From Gemmatimonadota bacterium (GTDB taxonomy: Bacteria; Gemmatimonadota; Gemmatimonadetes; Palauibacterales; Palauibacteraceae): a stretch of DNA of 64,000 nucleotides. This document shows, one piece after another, positions 48,477-58,899 of this stretch; within the stretch, counting starts at the first letter, position 1, and every line of letters begins with the position of its first letter. The notes beneath the pieces are model-generated. The model was not told where the DNA came from and did no database searches. It worked only from the letters and a program-made list of their open reading frames with translations. The translations under genes and the position numbers were made by a program. The DNA lies in the NCBI GenBank assembly GCA_039587755.1, contig JBDHBD010000006.1:9020-73019 (forward strand), written 5' to 3'.

Positions 48477-49733
48477 GTGGCGGGCCTTCTTGCCGCCGCT
48501 GCGATTGCCACGCCTGCCGTTTCACGCACTGTCGCCGCTCAGACGCCGATAGGAGAACCTCAGCAGGCCGAAACCACCTACGGTGCGCCCGGCACCATCG
48601 ACTTCATCCAGTACTGGACCTCCGGACGCTTGTTGCTCGAGGGAGTGAATCCCTACGACGCCTCGGCCGTTGGGTCGCGAGAACGGGCTCTGGGGGTGGT
48701 CGGCGAAGTCAGCCTGCTGCGTGGTCCGCCCTGGACTCTGTTCCTGCTCCTTCCGTTCCTTCTACTCCCGTTCGGGCTGGCGGCGCAACTCTGGCTGATC
48801 GTCAATGTCCTGCTGGTCTCGGTTTCGCTCATCGCACTGCACAGCGCCCTCGGTGCCGGACGCCGGAGCCTGTTGGCCTCGGCAGTCGCAACGGCCTGCT
48901 TCTACCCGGTCTTTCAAAGCCTCATCCTGGGACAGGTGAGCGTGGTACTGCTCGTCTGTCTTGCCGGATTCATGCTGGCCGAGTCCCGAGCGCGGCCATT
49001 TCTGGCCGGTGTATTTCTCGCACCACTGACCATCAAACCGCACCTCTTCCTGGTATTCGGTGCGATCTTGCTGTGGAGGGTGCTCAGGGAGAAGCGAACT
49101 CGTGTGCTGTATGGCACGGGCGCGGGTCTCGTACTGCTCCTGCTGCCCGTCGTTCTTCTGGTCCCTGCCTCCTTCGGCCAGTGGCTGGGGAGCTTCAGCA
49201 GCGCCAGTGCGGCGACGGGAGTGGTTCCCATCGAGACCTGGAAGACGACGACGCTGACAGGGCTGCTGCGCTCGTTGATCTTCTCCATCTCGGGCTCCGC
49301 GCCGATGTGGCCCCTGTGGGTCCTCCCACCCCTCGGACTGCTCGCCGCTTCGGCATGGATCAGACGATCTGGCCTCGGGCTCGGTCTCGCGGAGCAAACG
49401 CCGATGCTCCTGTGTCTTTCGTACTTGTTCGCCCCCTACGGCTGGGTGTTCGACCAGGCGATCCTGCTGCCGCTGCAGATCGCGATGGTGAGCCAGGCGT
49501 TCGAGCGGGGTCGGCCACGAGTTTCTCGGTTCGGGGTTCTGGCCGTTCTGATCGGGATCCAACTGGTCGCCATCCTCATCGGCCTCAGAGAGGGTGTCAC
49601 GCTGCATGAGTTCTTCTGGATCCCTCTGGCGATGATGGGTGTCTGGTTCTGGCACTCGCGCCGCATGGACACCAAGCTCCAAGCGGCGCAGGCACTCATC
49701 GCACAGTCAAAGGCCCAGGGAGCGAACGAATGA
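48477..49733 (+). CDS. GT87 (DUF2029) GT-C membrane glycosyltransferase
   Basis: DFIQYW..G.NPYD, PPW, LGQ, IKPH; multi-TM. Start uncertain. Confidence 0.75.
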   Translation: MAGLLAAAAIATPAVSRTVAAQTPIGEPQQAETTYGAPGTIDFIQYWTSGRLLLEGVNPYDASAVGSRERALGVVGEVSLLRGPPWTLFLLLPFLLLPFGLAAQLWLIVNVLLVSVSLIALHSALGAGRRSLLASAVATACFYPVFQSLILGQVSVVLLVCLAGFMLAESRARPFLAGVFLAPLTIKPHLFLVFGAILLWRVLREKRTRVLYGTGAGLVLLLLPVVLLVPASFGQWLGSFSSASAATGVVPIETWKTTTLTGLLRSLIFSISGSAPMWPLWVLPPLGLLAASAWIRRSGLGLGLAEQTPMLLCLSYLFAPYGWVFDQAILLPLQIAMVSQAFERGRPRVSRFGVLAVLIGIQLVAILIGLREGVTLHEFFWIPLAMMGVWFWHSRRMDTKLQAAQALIAQSKAQGANE

Positions 49734-50653
49734 GCTCGAAGAACTGGACATACGACGACGTTCCCGAGCAAGGCGGAAAGACCGTGATCGTGACCGGGGC
49801 CAACACCGGTATCGGCTTCGAGGCGGCACGTGCACTGGTGAGGAAGGGAGCGCGTGTGATCCTGGGCTGCCGCGGCCGGGAAAAGGGTGAAGCGGCAGTG
49901 GCGAAAATCGTGGCGGAACAGCCAAAGGGGCACACCGACCTGGCGCTGCTGGATCTCGCCGACCTCGACTCGGTGCGCCGATTCGCGGACAGCTCTATCC
50001 GCGAGTCCGAGCGGCTGGATCTACTGATCAACAACGCTGGCGTCATGGCGTGTCCGGAAAGCAGGACCGTGCAGGGGTTCGAGCGTCAGTTCGGCGTCAA
50101 CCATCTGGGCCATTTCGCACTGACAGCGCTCCTCATGCCACACCTGCGAAAGACCCGACAAGCGCGGGTGGTCACCGTGTCTAGCCAGGCCCACCGAACC
50201 GGCTCCATCGCGTTCGATGACCTGGACTTCACCAAGCGCGGCTACAACCCGATGGGCGCGTACGGCCAGAGCAAGCTCGCCAACCTTCTGTTCACGTTCG
50301 AGCTGCAGCGACGGCTGGAAGCGTCCGGGGCAGATACCATTGCGGTCGCTGCGCACCCCGGCTGGACCGCGACCGACCTTCAGCGGCACGCGTGGTACGC
50401 GCGGTGGCTGAACCCGCTGTTCGCCATGTCCGCCGAGAAAGGCGCGCTTCCAACCCTGCGTGCGGCCACGGCGCCGGATGTAAAAGGGGGCGAGTACTAC
50501 GGCCCAGGCGGCTTCTACGAGATGCGAGGCTATCCGAAGCGCGTGAGTGCGAGCGATTCGGCTCTGAGCTTGGAAGACGCAGCACGTCTGTGGACCACTA
50601 GTGAAGAATTGACCGGCGTACGCTTCGGCGACCTGCCGACGGGGGTCCCATAG
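49730..50653 (+). CDS. Short-chain dehydrogenase/reductase (retinol-DH-like)
   Basis: TGANTGIG, NNAGVM, NHLGHF, YGQSK. Confidence 0.95.
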   Translation: MSSKNWTYDDVPEQGGKTVIVTGANTGIGFEAARALVRKGARVILGCRGREKGEAAVAKIVAEQPKGHTDLALLDLADLDSVRRFADSSIRESERLDLLINNAGVMACPESRTVQGFERQFGVNHLGHFALTALLMPHLRKTRQARVVTVSSQAHRTGSIAFDDLDFTKRGYNPMGAYGQSKLANLLFTFELQRRLEASGADTIAVAAHPGWTATDLQRHAWYARWLNPLFAMSAEKGALPTLRAATAPDVKGGEYYGPGGFYEMRGYPKRVSASDSALSLEDAARLWTTSEELTGVRFGDLPTGVP

Positions 50654-50658
50654 CCCGA

Positions 50659-51648
50659 ATGCGCGCACCTCGACGCCACGTCCGGACGCTGCGGCAGCTC
50701 CTTGTTCTCTCTGTCGCGGTCGGCGCGCTCGCTTCGATCGTCCTGGCCGCGAACACACAGGCCCACGGTCGCGAGGCTGACGACGCCCCGTACCTCGTGG
50801 TGCTCGGGATTGCGCAGGACGCGGGCGTGCCACAGGCCGGCACCCGGGATCATCCGGGCTGGGACGACCCGGCCTACCGCCGCCTGGCCACGTCCTTGGC
50901 GATCGTCGACCCCGCGACCAGTGAGCGGTGGCTGTTCGAGGCGACGCCGGATTTCCGCGAGCAGCTACACCGCCTGGACGAGACCGCCCCTGTCGCGGCC
51001 GCACCCGGTCTGGCCGGGGTCTTCCTCACGCACGCCCACATGGGCCACTACGCAGGCCTGATGTACCTCGGCCACGAGTCGATGGGAGCCCAGGGTGTGC
51101 CGGTGTACGCGATGCCGCGCATGCGAAGCGTGTTACGAGGCGGGGCGCCCTGGAGCCAGCTTGTCCGCTACGGCAACATCGAGCTACGGCGCCTGGAAGA
51201 CGGCGTGGGTGTGGCGCTGAGCGATCGCCTCCGCGTAACGCCGTTTCTGGTGCCACACCGACAGGAGTACTCCGAGGTGGTCGGCTTCCGGATCGACGGG
51301 CCGAATCGCGCGGTCCTCTTTCTTCCCGACATCGACAGCTGGGAGGAGTGGGACAGGTGGGGGGTGAAGCTGGAAGACACACTCGAGAGCGTGGATGTGG
51401 CCTATCTGGACGCGACCTTCTACGCGCACTGCGAGATCCCGGGCCGCGACATGTCGGGGTTTCCGCACCCGTTCATCGCGCACACGATGACGCGGCTTGC
51501 CGACCTGCCCGAGTCCGAACGTGCCAAGGTGCGCTTCATCCACCTGAACCACACGAACCCGGCGCTGGGACCCGACAGCCAGGCGAGGCGGGAGATCGAG
51601 CGGCGGGGGTTCCGCGTGGCGGAGGAAGGGGAGCGCGTCGAGCTATAA
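50659..51648 (+). CDS. PqqB-like metallo-beta-lactamase fold protein, secreted
   Basis: LGIAQDAGVPQ, EATPD, LTHAHMGH, VPHR, PDID, DATF, PHP, IHLNHTN; signal peptide. Confidence 0.82.
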   Translation: MRAPRRHVRTLRQLLVLSVAVGALASIVLAANTQAHGREADDAPYLVVLGIAQDAGVPQAGTRDHPGWDDPAYRRLATSLAIVDPATSERWLFEATPDFREQLHRLDETAPVAAAPGLAGVFLTHAHMGHYAGLMYLGHESMGAQGVPVYAMPRMRSVLRGGAPWSQLVRYGNIELRRLEDGVGVALSDRLRVTPFLVPHRQEYSEVVGFRIDGPNRAVLFLPDIDSWEEWDRWGVKLEDTLESVDVAYLDATFYAHCEIPGRDMSGFPHPFIAHTMTRLADLPESERAKVRFIHLNHTNPALGPDSQARREIERRGFRVAEEGERVEL

Positions 51649-51696
51649 TCGTCACCCACGGGAGCAGCTCGGTTCCCCCGCTGCGACCGCAGGGCC

Positions 51697-52266
51697 TCAG
51701 CCGGCCGCGTACTTGTCGAGCAGCGAGCCGGCCAGCTGCTCGAGCTCCTCTTTCGTTCGGCCCTCGAAGCGGCGGGTGCACACCACGTCGTACGCGTCAC
51801 ACAGCGTCGCACACGCGGCACCGGTGACCATTGTGTCGGCCATGTTGAACAGGACGTTGTCCTCTTTCAGAATGTGCCCGCGGATTAGCTCGATGTAACC
51901 ACGGCCAGCGTTCGCGAGTATCCGCCAGGCCTGCTCGTCGCCCTTTTGTGCCTTCGGGAGCGCATCGGCCATGTGCCCCACGAAAGCCCGACCCTGCCGA
52001 TGCTCGTTCAGCATGACCGCGATGGGTCCGGTCTGTCGCGGCAGTCCGCGCACCTCCAGCTCGGGGAAGAGCAAATCCTCTTCCTTTCCGTGGTGACACG
52101 CGTCGGCGAACAGGCGGAAGAACTGGACGCACTCGTCGAGGCTGCCAAAGTCAGGCCCGGCCCCCTGCTCGATGCCGTCCAGGATCCGTTCCAGCACCTC
52201 CGCCACCTCGAGGATGTGGACGTGCTCGTCTCGGAGTACCTCGGTCGCGGTGTCGGTTCCGGCCAC
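51697..52266 (-). CDS. Hemerythrin (HHE) domain protein
   Basis: EH, HHGKEEDLLFP, EHRQGR, HILKEDNVLF. Confidence 0.88.
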   Translation of the reverse strand: MAGTDTATEVLRDEHVHILEVAEVLERILDGIEQGAGPDFGSLDECVQFFRLFADACHHGKEEDLLFPELEVRGLPRQTGPIAVMLNEHRQGRAFVGHMADALPKAQKGDEQAWRILANAGRGYIELIRGHILKEDNVLFNMADTMVTGAACATLCDAYDVVCTRRFEGRTKEELEQLAGSLLDKYAAG

Positions 52267-52509
52267 GATAGACCTCCTGGCAAGCGTCCGGGCTCGTTCC
52301 TGGCGGCAGCCAGCCGATCACATCACGTCTGTAGCCAACGGTAGCGCGTGGCCAAGTGCCGCGGAAGCGCTCTGTGAGGATAGTCACGGCAGCAGTGCGA
52401 GCCGCAGGTGATGCCCCGCTCGAGACGCTTTTCAAATCCCCTCGGTAGATTGCAGCTTGCAGAAGACTCACAGAACATCGACGCCAACCTCCTCGTGTGT
52501 GGAGATGAC

Positions 52510-53943
52510 ATGTGCTCGGAAGAGAGGCACCAGCCAGTTCTAAATGAAGCCGCTCCTGACTGCAACGCGACCCGACCAGGTCTCAGTCGTCGTGACCTGG
52601 TCAAGCTTGGGGCACTGGGTGTCGGCGCCGCGGTGGTCGGCCCGGCGTCCGGCTGTTCGATCCGGACTCGATCCGGGTCTCGGCGCGATCCGGCACCGGC
52701 GCCACTGGCTGCGCCTCCCATGGACGAGGTTCGGATCGGATTCGTGGGCATCGGCGGGATGGGATCGGTGCACGTTCGCAATCTGCTGAACATTGACGGG
52801 GTTCGCCTCGAGGCGCTGTGCGACATCCGGCCCTCCCACGCCGAGCGGGCTCGGGCCTGGACGACCGAAGCCGGCCAGCCTGAGCCGAGGCTGTACACGC
52901 GCGGCGAACGGGATTTCGTCCGCATGTGTGAAGAGGAAGAGCTGGATCTGGTATTCAACGCGACCCCGTGGCGGTGGCACGTGCCCATCTGTGTCGCGGC
53001 GATGGAAACCGGCAAGCACACAGCGACCGAGGTACCAGCGGCCTACCGGCTCGAAGATTGCTGGAAGCTCGTCGAGACGGCCGAATCGCAGCGGAAGCAC
53101 TGCGTGATGATGGAGAACGTGAACTACGGTCGCTGGGAGATGATGGTCTTCCACATGGTTCGCCGGGGAGTGTTCGGAGAGGTCCTGCACGGCGAGGGCG
53201 GATATCTACACGATCTGCGAAGCGTGAAGTTCTCACCCGAGGGTGAAGGCTTGTGGCGACGGGAGCACTCGAAGACACGCAACGGCAACCTCTACCCCAC
53301 GCACGGGCTGGGTCCGATCGCCAACTGCATGGACATCAACCGGGGTGACCGCTTCGACTACCTGGTCTCGATGAGCGGCCCTTCACGCGGTTTGCAGGAT
53401 TTCGCGCGCGGGCAATTTCCGCCCGACGCCCCTCAGCGAGACGAGTCCTACACCCTGGGCGACGTGAACGTGAGCCTCATCAAAACGGCTACCGGACGAA
53501 CGATCTATGTGAGCCACGACACGAATCTGCCTCGACCCTACAGCTGCATTCACCTCGTGCAAGGGACCCGTGGCCTCTTCCAGGGCTATCCGAACCGAGC
53601 GTACGTGGAAGGGCGCAGTCCCGAGCATCGCTGGGAAGAAGCCGAGACGTACCTCGAGGAATTCGACCACCCGCTGTGGAGACAGGCGGCCGCCGACGAC
53701 AGCGAATACCGCGGTGAAGGGGTCGGCCACGGCAGCATGGACTATCTGGAGGATTACCGGTTGATCAAGTGCCTTCGCGAGGGCCTGCCGACCGACATGA
53801 ACGTGTACGACGCGGCTGCCCTCAGCGCGGTATGCGAGCTATCGGAGCGCTCGGTGGCGAACGGCAGTCGCCCTGAGGCGTTCCCCGATTTCACGCGCGG
53901 CCGCTGGCAGACCAACCCGCCGCTCGGGGTCGTCGAGGCCTGA
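52510..53943 (+). CDS. GH109 NAD+-dependent glycosidase (alpha-N-acetylgalactosaminidase-like), Tat-exported
   Basis: SRRDLVK; GIGGMG; ATPW.WH, EVPAA, MMEN, GGYLHDLR, NLYPTHGLGP, GHGSMD. Start approximate. Confidence 0.88.
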   Translation: MCSEERHQPVLNEAAPDCNATRPGLSRRDLVKLGALGVGAAVVGPASGCSIRTRSGSRRDPAPAPLAAPPMDEVRIGFVGIGGMGSVHVRNLLNIDGVRLEALCDIRPSHAERARAWTTEAGQPEPRLYTRGERDFVRMCEEEELDLVFNATPWRWHVPICVAAMETGKHTATEVPAAYRLEDCWKLVETAESQRKHCVMMENVNYGRWEMMVFHMVRRGVFGEVLHGEGGYLHDLRSVKFSPEGEGLWRREHSKTRNGNLYPTHGLGPIANCMDINRGDRFDYLVSMSGPSRGLQDFARGQFPPDAPQRDESYTLGDVNVSLIKTATGRTIYVSHDTNLPRPYSCIHLVQGTRGLFQGYPNRAYVEGRSPEHRWEEAETYLEEFDHPLWRQAAADDSEYRGEGVGHGSMDYLEDYRLIKCLREGLPTDMNVYDAAALSAVCELSERSVANGSRPEAFPDFTRGRWQTNPPLGVVEA

Positions 53944-55172
53944 TGACGCCTGTCGACAACCGCTCTGATACCCTGGAAAGACTGCGGGCGGCCTTCCGGG
54001 AGAGCTACGAGGGTGCCGATCCCACACACCTCGTCGAGTCCCCTGGCCGCGTGAACCTTATCGGCGAGCACACCGACTACAACGGGCTACCCGTGTTGCC
54101 CATGGCGATTCAGCGCCGTGTGACCCTCGCCTTCCGAGCCCGGGAGGATGCGATCGTACGGGTGGCGAGCACGCGGTCGGGCTTCAAGTCCAGGTGCTTC
54201 GAGCTGGATGAGGAGATCGAACCGTACGCGTCTGGCGACTGGGGCAACTATGCCAAGGCCGCGGCTCTCACGGTGGCGAGAGAGGCCGGGGTCGCCCATG
54301 GAATCGACGCGCTGCTCGGATCCGACATCCCGATGGCGGCCGGGCTCAGCTCGTCTTCCGCCCTGGTGGTCGCGTGCGCGCTGGCGCTTCTCGAGGCGAA
54401 CGGTCTCTCTGCCGGGCGAACCGAGCTCGCCGACTGGCTCGCTGTCGGCGAGCGGTATGTCGGAACCGAGGGTGGGGGCATGGACCAGGCGATCTGCCTG
54501 ACTGCCAGGGCCGGCCACGCCGCCCGCATCGACTTCGATCCGCTACGCGTGGAGCTCCACCCTCTTCCCCCCGACTGGCGCTTCGTCGTGGCGCACAGCC
54601 TCGCGACAGCCCCGAAGTCGGGGCTCGCGCGCGAAACCTACAACCTGCGGACTTCCGAATGCCGTGAGGCGCTGGCCACGGTCGCCGCGCACCTGGGTAA
54701 AGAGGGAAGAAACGTCTCCTATCCAGCCCTCCTTGAGCAGCATGAGCCGAATGAGCTTTACGCCGTCGCCGAAGACGTGCTCGATCCCGTTCTCCGCCGC
54801 CGCTTCCACCACGCGGTGAGCGAGGCGAGACGGGTCGAACTGGCGGTCGAAGCCCTGGCGAACGCCGATCTGTCGGTGTTCGGAGTCCTCATGGACGCCT
54901 CGCACCGGAGCCTGCGAGACGATTACGAGGTGAGTACGCTGGAGCTGGACACGCTGGTCAGAATTGCGCAAGAGGCGGGGGCGGCCGGTGCGCGGCTCAC
55001 GGGCGCGGGCATGGGCGGCTGCGTGATCGCGCTCTGTCCCGCCGACTGGTCCGAAGAGGTGACGACGGCGTTCGGGGAGCGCTTCTATGCGTCCAGACAA
55101 TACCTCGGTGGTCTCGAAGACCGGCTGTTCACCGCCCGCCCCTCCCAGGGAGCGTCGGTCACCGCGCTCTAA
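53943..55172 (+). CDS. galK: Galactokinase / GalNAc kinase (GHMP)
   Basis: PGRVNLIGEHTDYN, GLSSSSA, GGMDQ, SH.SLRDDYEVS, GARLTGAGMGG. Confidence 0.88.
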   Translation: MTPVDNRSDTLERLRAAFRESYEGADPTHLVESPGRVNLIGEHTDYNGLPVLPMAIQRRVTLAFRAREDAIVRVASTRSGFKSRCFELDEEIEPYASGDWGNYAKAAALTVAREAGVAHGIDALLGSDIPMAAGLSSSSALVVACALALLEANGLSAGRTELADWLAVGERYVGTEGGGMDQAICLTARAGHAARIDFDPLRVELHPLPPDWRFVVAHSLATAPKSGLARETYNLRTSECREALATVAAHLGKEGRNVSYPALLEQHEPNELYAVAEDVLDPVLRRRFHHAVSEARRVELAVEALANADLSVFGVLMDASHRSLRDDYEVSTLELDTLVRIAQEAGAAGARLTGAGMGGCVIALCPADWSEEVTTAFGERFYASRQYLGGLEDRLFTARPSQGASVTAL

Positions 55173-55178
55173 CGATCC

Positions 55179-56147
55179 TCAGTGCGGGCCCTCGTCCTGA
55201 TGTTGGTCCTCTCCCCCCACATACGGGAGATCCCGCGTCCCCCAATCGTGCCAGGATCCGTCGTACATCTTCACATGGTAACCCAGCGAGCGAGCCACGA
55301 AGTACGTGAGGCTGGCCCGATACCCGACCATGCAGTAGGTGACGAGCGTGTCATCCTCCTGCGCCCCGTGCTGCTCGAACAACGCCCGCAGTGAATCGGC
55401 GGGTAGCAGCGTGGGTGCTTCCGTCGAGGTGATCAGACGATCCCATGCCAGATGATGAGCGCCCGGGATGTGGCCCGGATTCGCCCGGCCACCCATCCCG
55501 CCGTCATCGCCCGTGTACTCGTCCAGCGGCCGCGCATCCACCAGCAGCGTCTCGCGGTCGTCCATCCGATCGAGGATCCACTCGGCAGAGACCACGACGT
55601 CGTCACGTGCGTTCGCGGTCAGCCGACCAGGGCTCGGTTCCTCGGGCCCCGTCGCCGTGGGTCGGTCCTCGGCCAGCCACTGGGTCAGCCCGCCGTCGAG
55701 CAGGGAGGCGTGGCCCCCGTGGCCCAGGTAATCCAGCGTGAACCAGAGACGAGCGGCCGTCCGAGGATCCGCACTGTAGATGACGAGGTGCAGGTCGTCG
55801 TCCGCGCCCGCCTCCTCCAAAGCGGGTACGAGATCCGCAAGGGGCGGGATCTCCGTGGAGACATTCCCCTCTCCCGCCCACGTGATCCGGCGGTAGTCAA
55901 CGAAACTTGCGCCCGGAATGTGTGAGCTCTCGAAGCGATCGCGGCGGGTGTCCACATGCAGAATGCGCAGATCCCGATCGTCCAGCCGCTGCGCCAGCCA
56001 CTCCGTCGACACGAGGTATCGGCGCTCACCGGCTTGACTTTTGTCATGGTCTTGAGTGGCGGCCGGCACGGCCGTGACCAACACAGCCGCAACAGCGATC
56101 GGGAAGACGGCGCGCTCGCGCCACATGGAGATCGCGTTCTTCATCAT
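55179..56147 (-). CDS. Two-domain rhodanese/sulfurtransferase with signal peptide
   Basis: LVST.WL, HIPGA (twice), LDGG, VDAR, YCMVGYRA, YDGSW.DW. Confidence 0.88.
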   Translation of the reverse strand: MMKNAISMWRERAVFPIAVAAVLVTAVPAATQDHDKSQAGERRYLVSTEWLAQRLDDRDLRILHVDTRRDRFESSHIPGASFVDYRRITWAGEGNVSTEIPPLADLVPALEEAGADDDLHLVIYSADPRTAARLWFTLDYLGHGGHASLLDGGLTQWLAEDRPTATGPEEPSPGRLTANARDDVVVSAEWILDRMDDRETLLVDARPLDEYTGDDGGMGGRANPGHIPGAHHLAWDRLITSTEAPTLLPADSLRALFEQHGAQEDDTLVTYCMVGYRASLTYFVARSLGYHVKMYDGSWHDWGTRDLPYVGGEDQHQDEGPH

Positions 56148-56172
56148 TCGCACCCTCTTCTCGGGAGCCGCA

Positions 56173-57936
56173 TCACTCGAAGCCGACCCGCGGCAGGAGT
56201 CGGAAGAGCCACACCGCCGCCCCGCCGACCAAGAGCGCGCAAACGAGGGCCGCGCCCGTGTTGCCGTACAGGAAGTACCCGGTGCCGAACAGCGCCCCGT
56301 AAACCACCGTGACACCCAGGAGCCAGCAGAGCAGGGCGGCGGTCAGGCTGCCGCTCTCCTGTTCACCGACGGTGACCGCGGCCCGCCACCCGCCGTGGAA
56401 CGGACGAATTCGGTCATAGAACGCCTGCAGCGTTGGTCGGTCCGTCGCCGGGGTGAGGAAGGTCACGAGGATCCAGATCACGGTCGTCACCGCGACGCCT
56501 ACGATGAGCCGCACGGAGGGATGCAGTGATCCGAAGCCGAGCGCCTCGTGGGCGAACTGGAAGTAGACGGCTACCGCGAACGAGATGATCATGGCCGAGA
56601 TCTCGCTCCACGCGTTGACCCGCCACCAGAACCAGCGCAGCAGGAAGATCAGGCCGGTGCCCGCTCCGATCTGAAGGAGGATCTGAAAGGCCTGCAGCGC
56701 GTTCTCCAGCCACAGGGCGACGCCGGAAGCGAGCACGATCAGGGCGACGGTCGAGAGGCGTCCGACCGTCACGTAGTGATGCTCGGCCCGCTCCGACGAC
56801 ACGAAGCGCCGGTAGAAGTCATCGACGATGTAGGATGCCCCCCAGTTGAGGTGCGTACTGATAGTCGACATGTACGCGGCGGCGAGTGACGCCACCACGA
56901 GTCCCAGCAGCCCGTGTGGCAGGAAGACCAGCATGGCCGGGTAGGCCAGGTCATGTCGCACGATCGACGGGTCTAGACCCGGGAATCGGGCGACGATCGA
57001 GTCCAGGCTCGGATAGACGAGCACCGAGCAGAGGGCCACGATCACCCACGGCCAAGGTCGGAGGGCATAGTGGGCGATGTTGAACCACAGCGTGGCCCCC
57101 ATCGACTCCTTCTCGTTGCGGGAGGCCAGCATCCGCTGGGCGACGTAACCGCCGCCGCCGGGCTCGGCGCCGGGGTACCAGGTGGCCCACCACTGGACGG
57201 CGATCGGTATCAGAAAGACCGTGGCAGCGGTTCGCCAGTCCGAGAAGTCAGGCAGCAGCGAGAGCTTGTCGGCAAGCTCCGGGTTGGCGACCAGGCCGGC
57301 CAATCCGCCCACCTCGGGTTGCTGGAGCGCGTAGTAGGCCGCGGCGATCGAGCCTACCATGGCGATCACGAACAGGAGCAGGTCCGTCACCACCACACCC
57401 CACAGCCCGGAGCTGGCCGAGTAGATCACGGTGATCGCTCCGGCGGCCAACACCGTCGTGTACTTGTCCACTCCGAGCAGAACCCCGGCGATCTTTATCG
57501 CAGCCAGCGTAACGGTGGCCATGATCAGCACGTTGAAGAACACGCCGAGGTACAGTGCACGGAAGCCGCGTAGGAAGGCCGCCGGACGGCCAGAGTACCG
57601 CAGCTCGTAGAAGCCGATATCCGTGAACACACCCGAGCGGCGCCACAGCTTCGCGTAGAAGAACACCGTGCACATGCCGGTGATCAGGAAGGCCCACCAC
57701 AGCCAGTTCTGGCTCACCCCGCCGGTTCGGACCATGTCCGTGACCAGGTTGGGAGTGTCGGTGGAGAAGGTCGTCGCCACCATCGATGTGCCGAGCAACC
57801 ACCACGGCAGCTTGCGCCCCGAGAGGAAGAACTCCTTCGTGCCCTTGCCCGCGCGTCTCGCGAACGCGAGTCCTACGCCGAGCGCTATCACACCGTAGAG
57901 GGCCACCACGAGCCAGTCGACGCCGTTCAGCTGCAC
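56173..57936 (-). CDS. Na+/solute symporter (SSS family)
   Basis: FFLSGRKLPWW, SMVATTF, GLWGVVVTD, QRMLA, AAYMST; GTG start overlapping the upstream stop. Confidence 0.9.
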   Translation of the reverse strand: MQLNGVDWLVVALYGVIALGVGLAFARRAGKGTKEFFLSGRKLPWWLLGTSMVATTFSTDTPNLVTDMVRTGGVSQNWLWWAFLITGMCTVFFYAKLWRRSGVFTDIGFYELRYSGRPAAFLRGFRALYLGVFFNVLIMATVTLAAIKIAGVLLGVDKYTTVLAAGAITVIYSASSGLWGVVVTDLLLFVIAMVGSIAAAYYALQQPEVGGLAGLVANPELADKLSLLPDFSDWRTAATVFLIPIAVQWWATWYPGAEPGGGGYVAQRMLASRNEKESMGATLWFNIAHYALRPWPWVIVALCSVLVYPSLDSIVARFPGLDPSIVRHDLAYPAMLVFLPHGLLGLVVASLAAAYMSTISTHLNWGASYIVDDFYRRFVSSERAEHHYVTVGRLSTVALIVLASGVALWLENALQAFQILLQIGAGTGLIFLLRWFWWRVNAWSEISAMIISFAVAVYFQFAHEALGFGSLHPSVRLIVGVAVTTVIWILVTFLTPATDRPTLQAFYDRIRPFHGGWRAAVTVGEQESGSLTAALLCWLLGVTVVYGALFGTGYFLYGNTGAALVCALLVGGAAVWLFRLLPRVGFE

Positions 57937-58880
57937 TAGATCCCTCCTCGCCTCTTCGACCGCTCGCGGAACGCCTCCGCCAGATCGAGCGGGTAGAGCC
58001 CTTCGGCGACTCGCAGGTTGATGTGGTGCCGAACCGCGTCCAGATCTGCCGCGTGGGTGATCCCGCACCACGGATCGCGCGCCGAATGGACCCGAACCCG
58101 CACCGCCCGGAACATGACCATCTCCCCGAGGGCCGTGCTGAGGAGAAACTCTGCCTCGTGGTCGCCGGCGGCTCTCTCGAGGAACTCGATGAGCCGATGC
58201 TCCAGGAGCTCGAACAGCGCGGGCCGGAATCCCCACAGGTTCGTGGAAACGAGCTCCTCTCCGGCCAGTATTCGGGGGTGCCCGTCCGTCGAGACGCCTG
58301 CGATACCGTCGTTCTCGGCCCGGATGTCGTGCACCTCCGCGATCTCTTCCAGCACGCCGTCCGAATCGAGGCGGCATACGGCGCGGGCCACGCCCCCTGC
58401 CGCGGAGAGCGTGTCGCGCAGGCGGAAGCCGATCAGGGCGAACGAGGGGTCGCCGACCGACTGTGTATGTCGGAAGTGCTCTACGAGCAGGGAATAAGAG
58501 TGGGCGCCATAGAAATCGTCCGCGTTACAAACGGCGAAAGGGCCGTCGACGACGTCCCGGACCGAAAGCACGGCATGGCCCGTCCCCCAGGGTTTGCGGC
58601 GTCCACCGGGCGGCACGTACCCGGACGGAAGATCCCACGGGTCCTGCACCACGAACGACACTTCGAGCGCGCTACCGATCACCCGCCGCATGTGGTCGCG
58701 AAAGGCAGGTTCCTGCTCGCTCCGGATCACGACGGCGACATCTGTGAATCCGGCTCGCAAGGAGTCGAAGATCGCGTAATCGAGCAGCGCCTCGCCCGCC
58801 GGGCCGACGGGCTCCAGCTGCTTCGGCTGCCCGTACCGCGTGGACAGGCCGGCGGCCAGGACGACGAGCGTCAGATGCAC
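57936..58880 (-). CDS. Sugar-phosphate nucleotidyltransferase (NTP_transferase)
   Basis: VLAAGLSTRYG..KQ, KPWGTGHA, NADDFYG, VSTNLWGF. Confidence 0.88.
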   Translation of the reverse strand: MHLTLVVLAAGLSTRYGQPKQLEPVGPAGEALLDYAIFDSLRAGFTDVAVVIRSEQEPAFRDHMRRVIGSALEVSFVVQDPWDLPSGYVPPGGRRKPWGTGHAVLSVRDVVDGPFAVCNADDFYGAHSYSLLVEHFRHTQSVGDPSFALIGFRLRDTLSAAGGVARAVCRLDSDGVLEEIAEVHDIRAENDGIAGVSTDGHPRILAGEELVSTNLWGFRPALFELLEHRLIEFLERAAGDHEAEFLLSTALGEMVMFRAVRVRVHSARDPWCGITHAADLDAVRHHINLRVAEGLYPLDLAEAFRERSKRRGGI

Positions 58881-58899
58881 GGCCCGAACGCCAGTCGCC

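Noticed and set aside
50659-51648. PQQ biosynthesis operon
   Set aside because: No pqqA/C/D/E nearby and the protein has a signal peptide.
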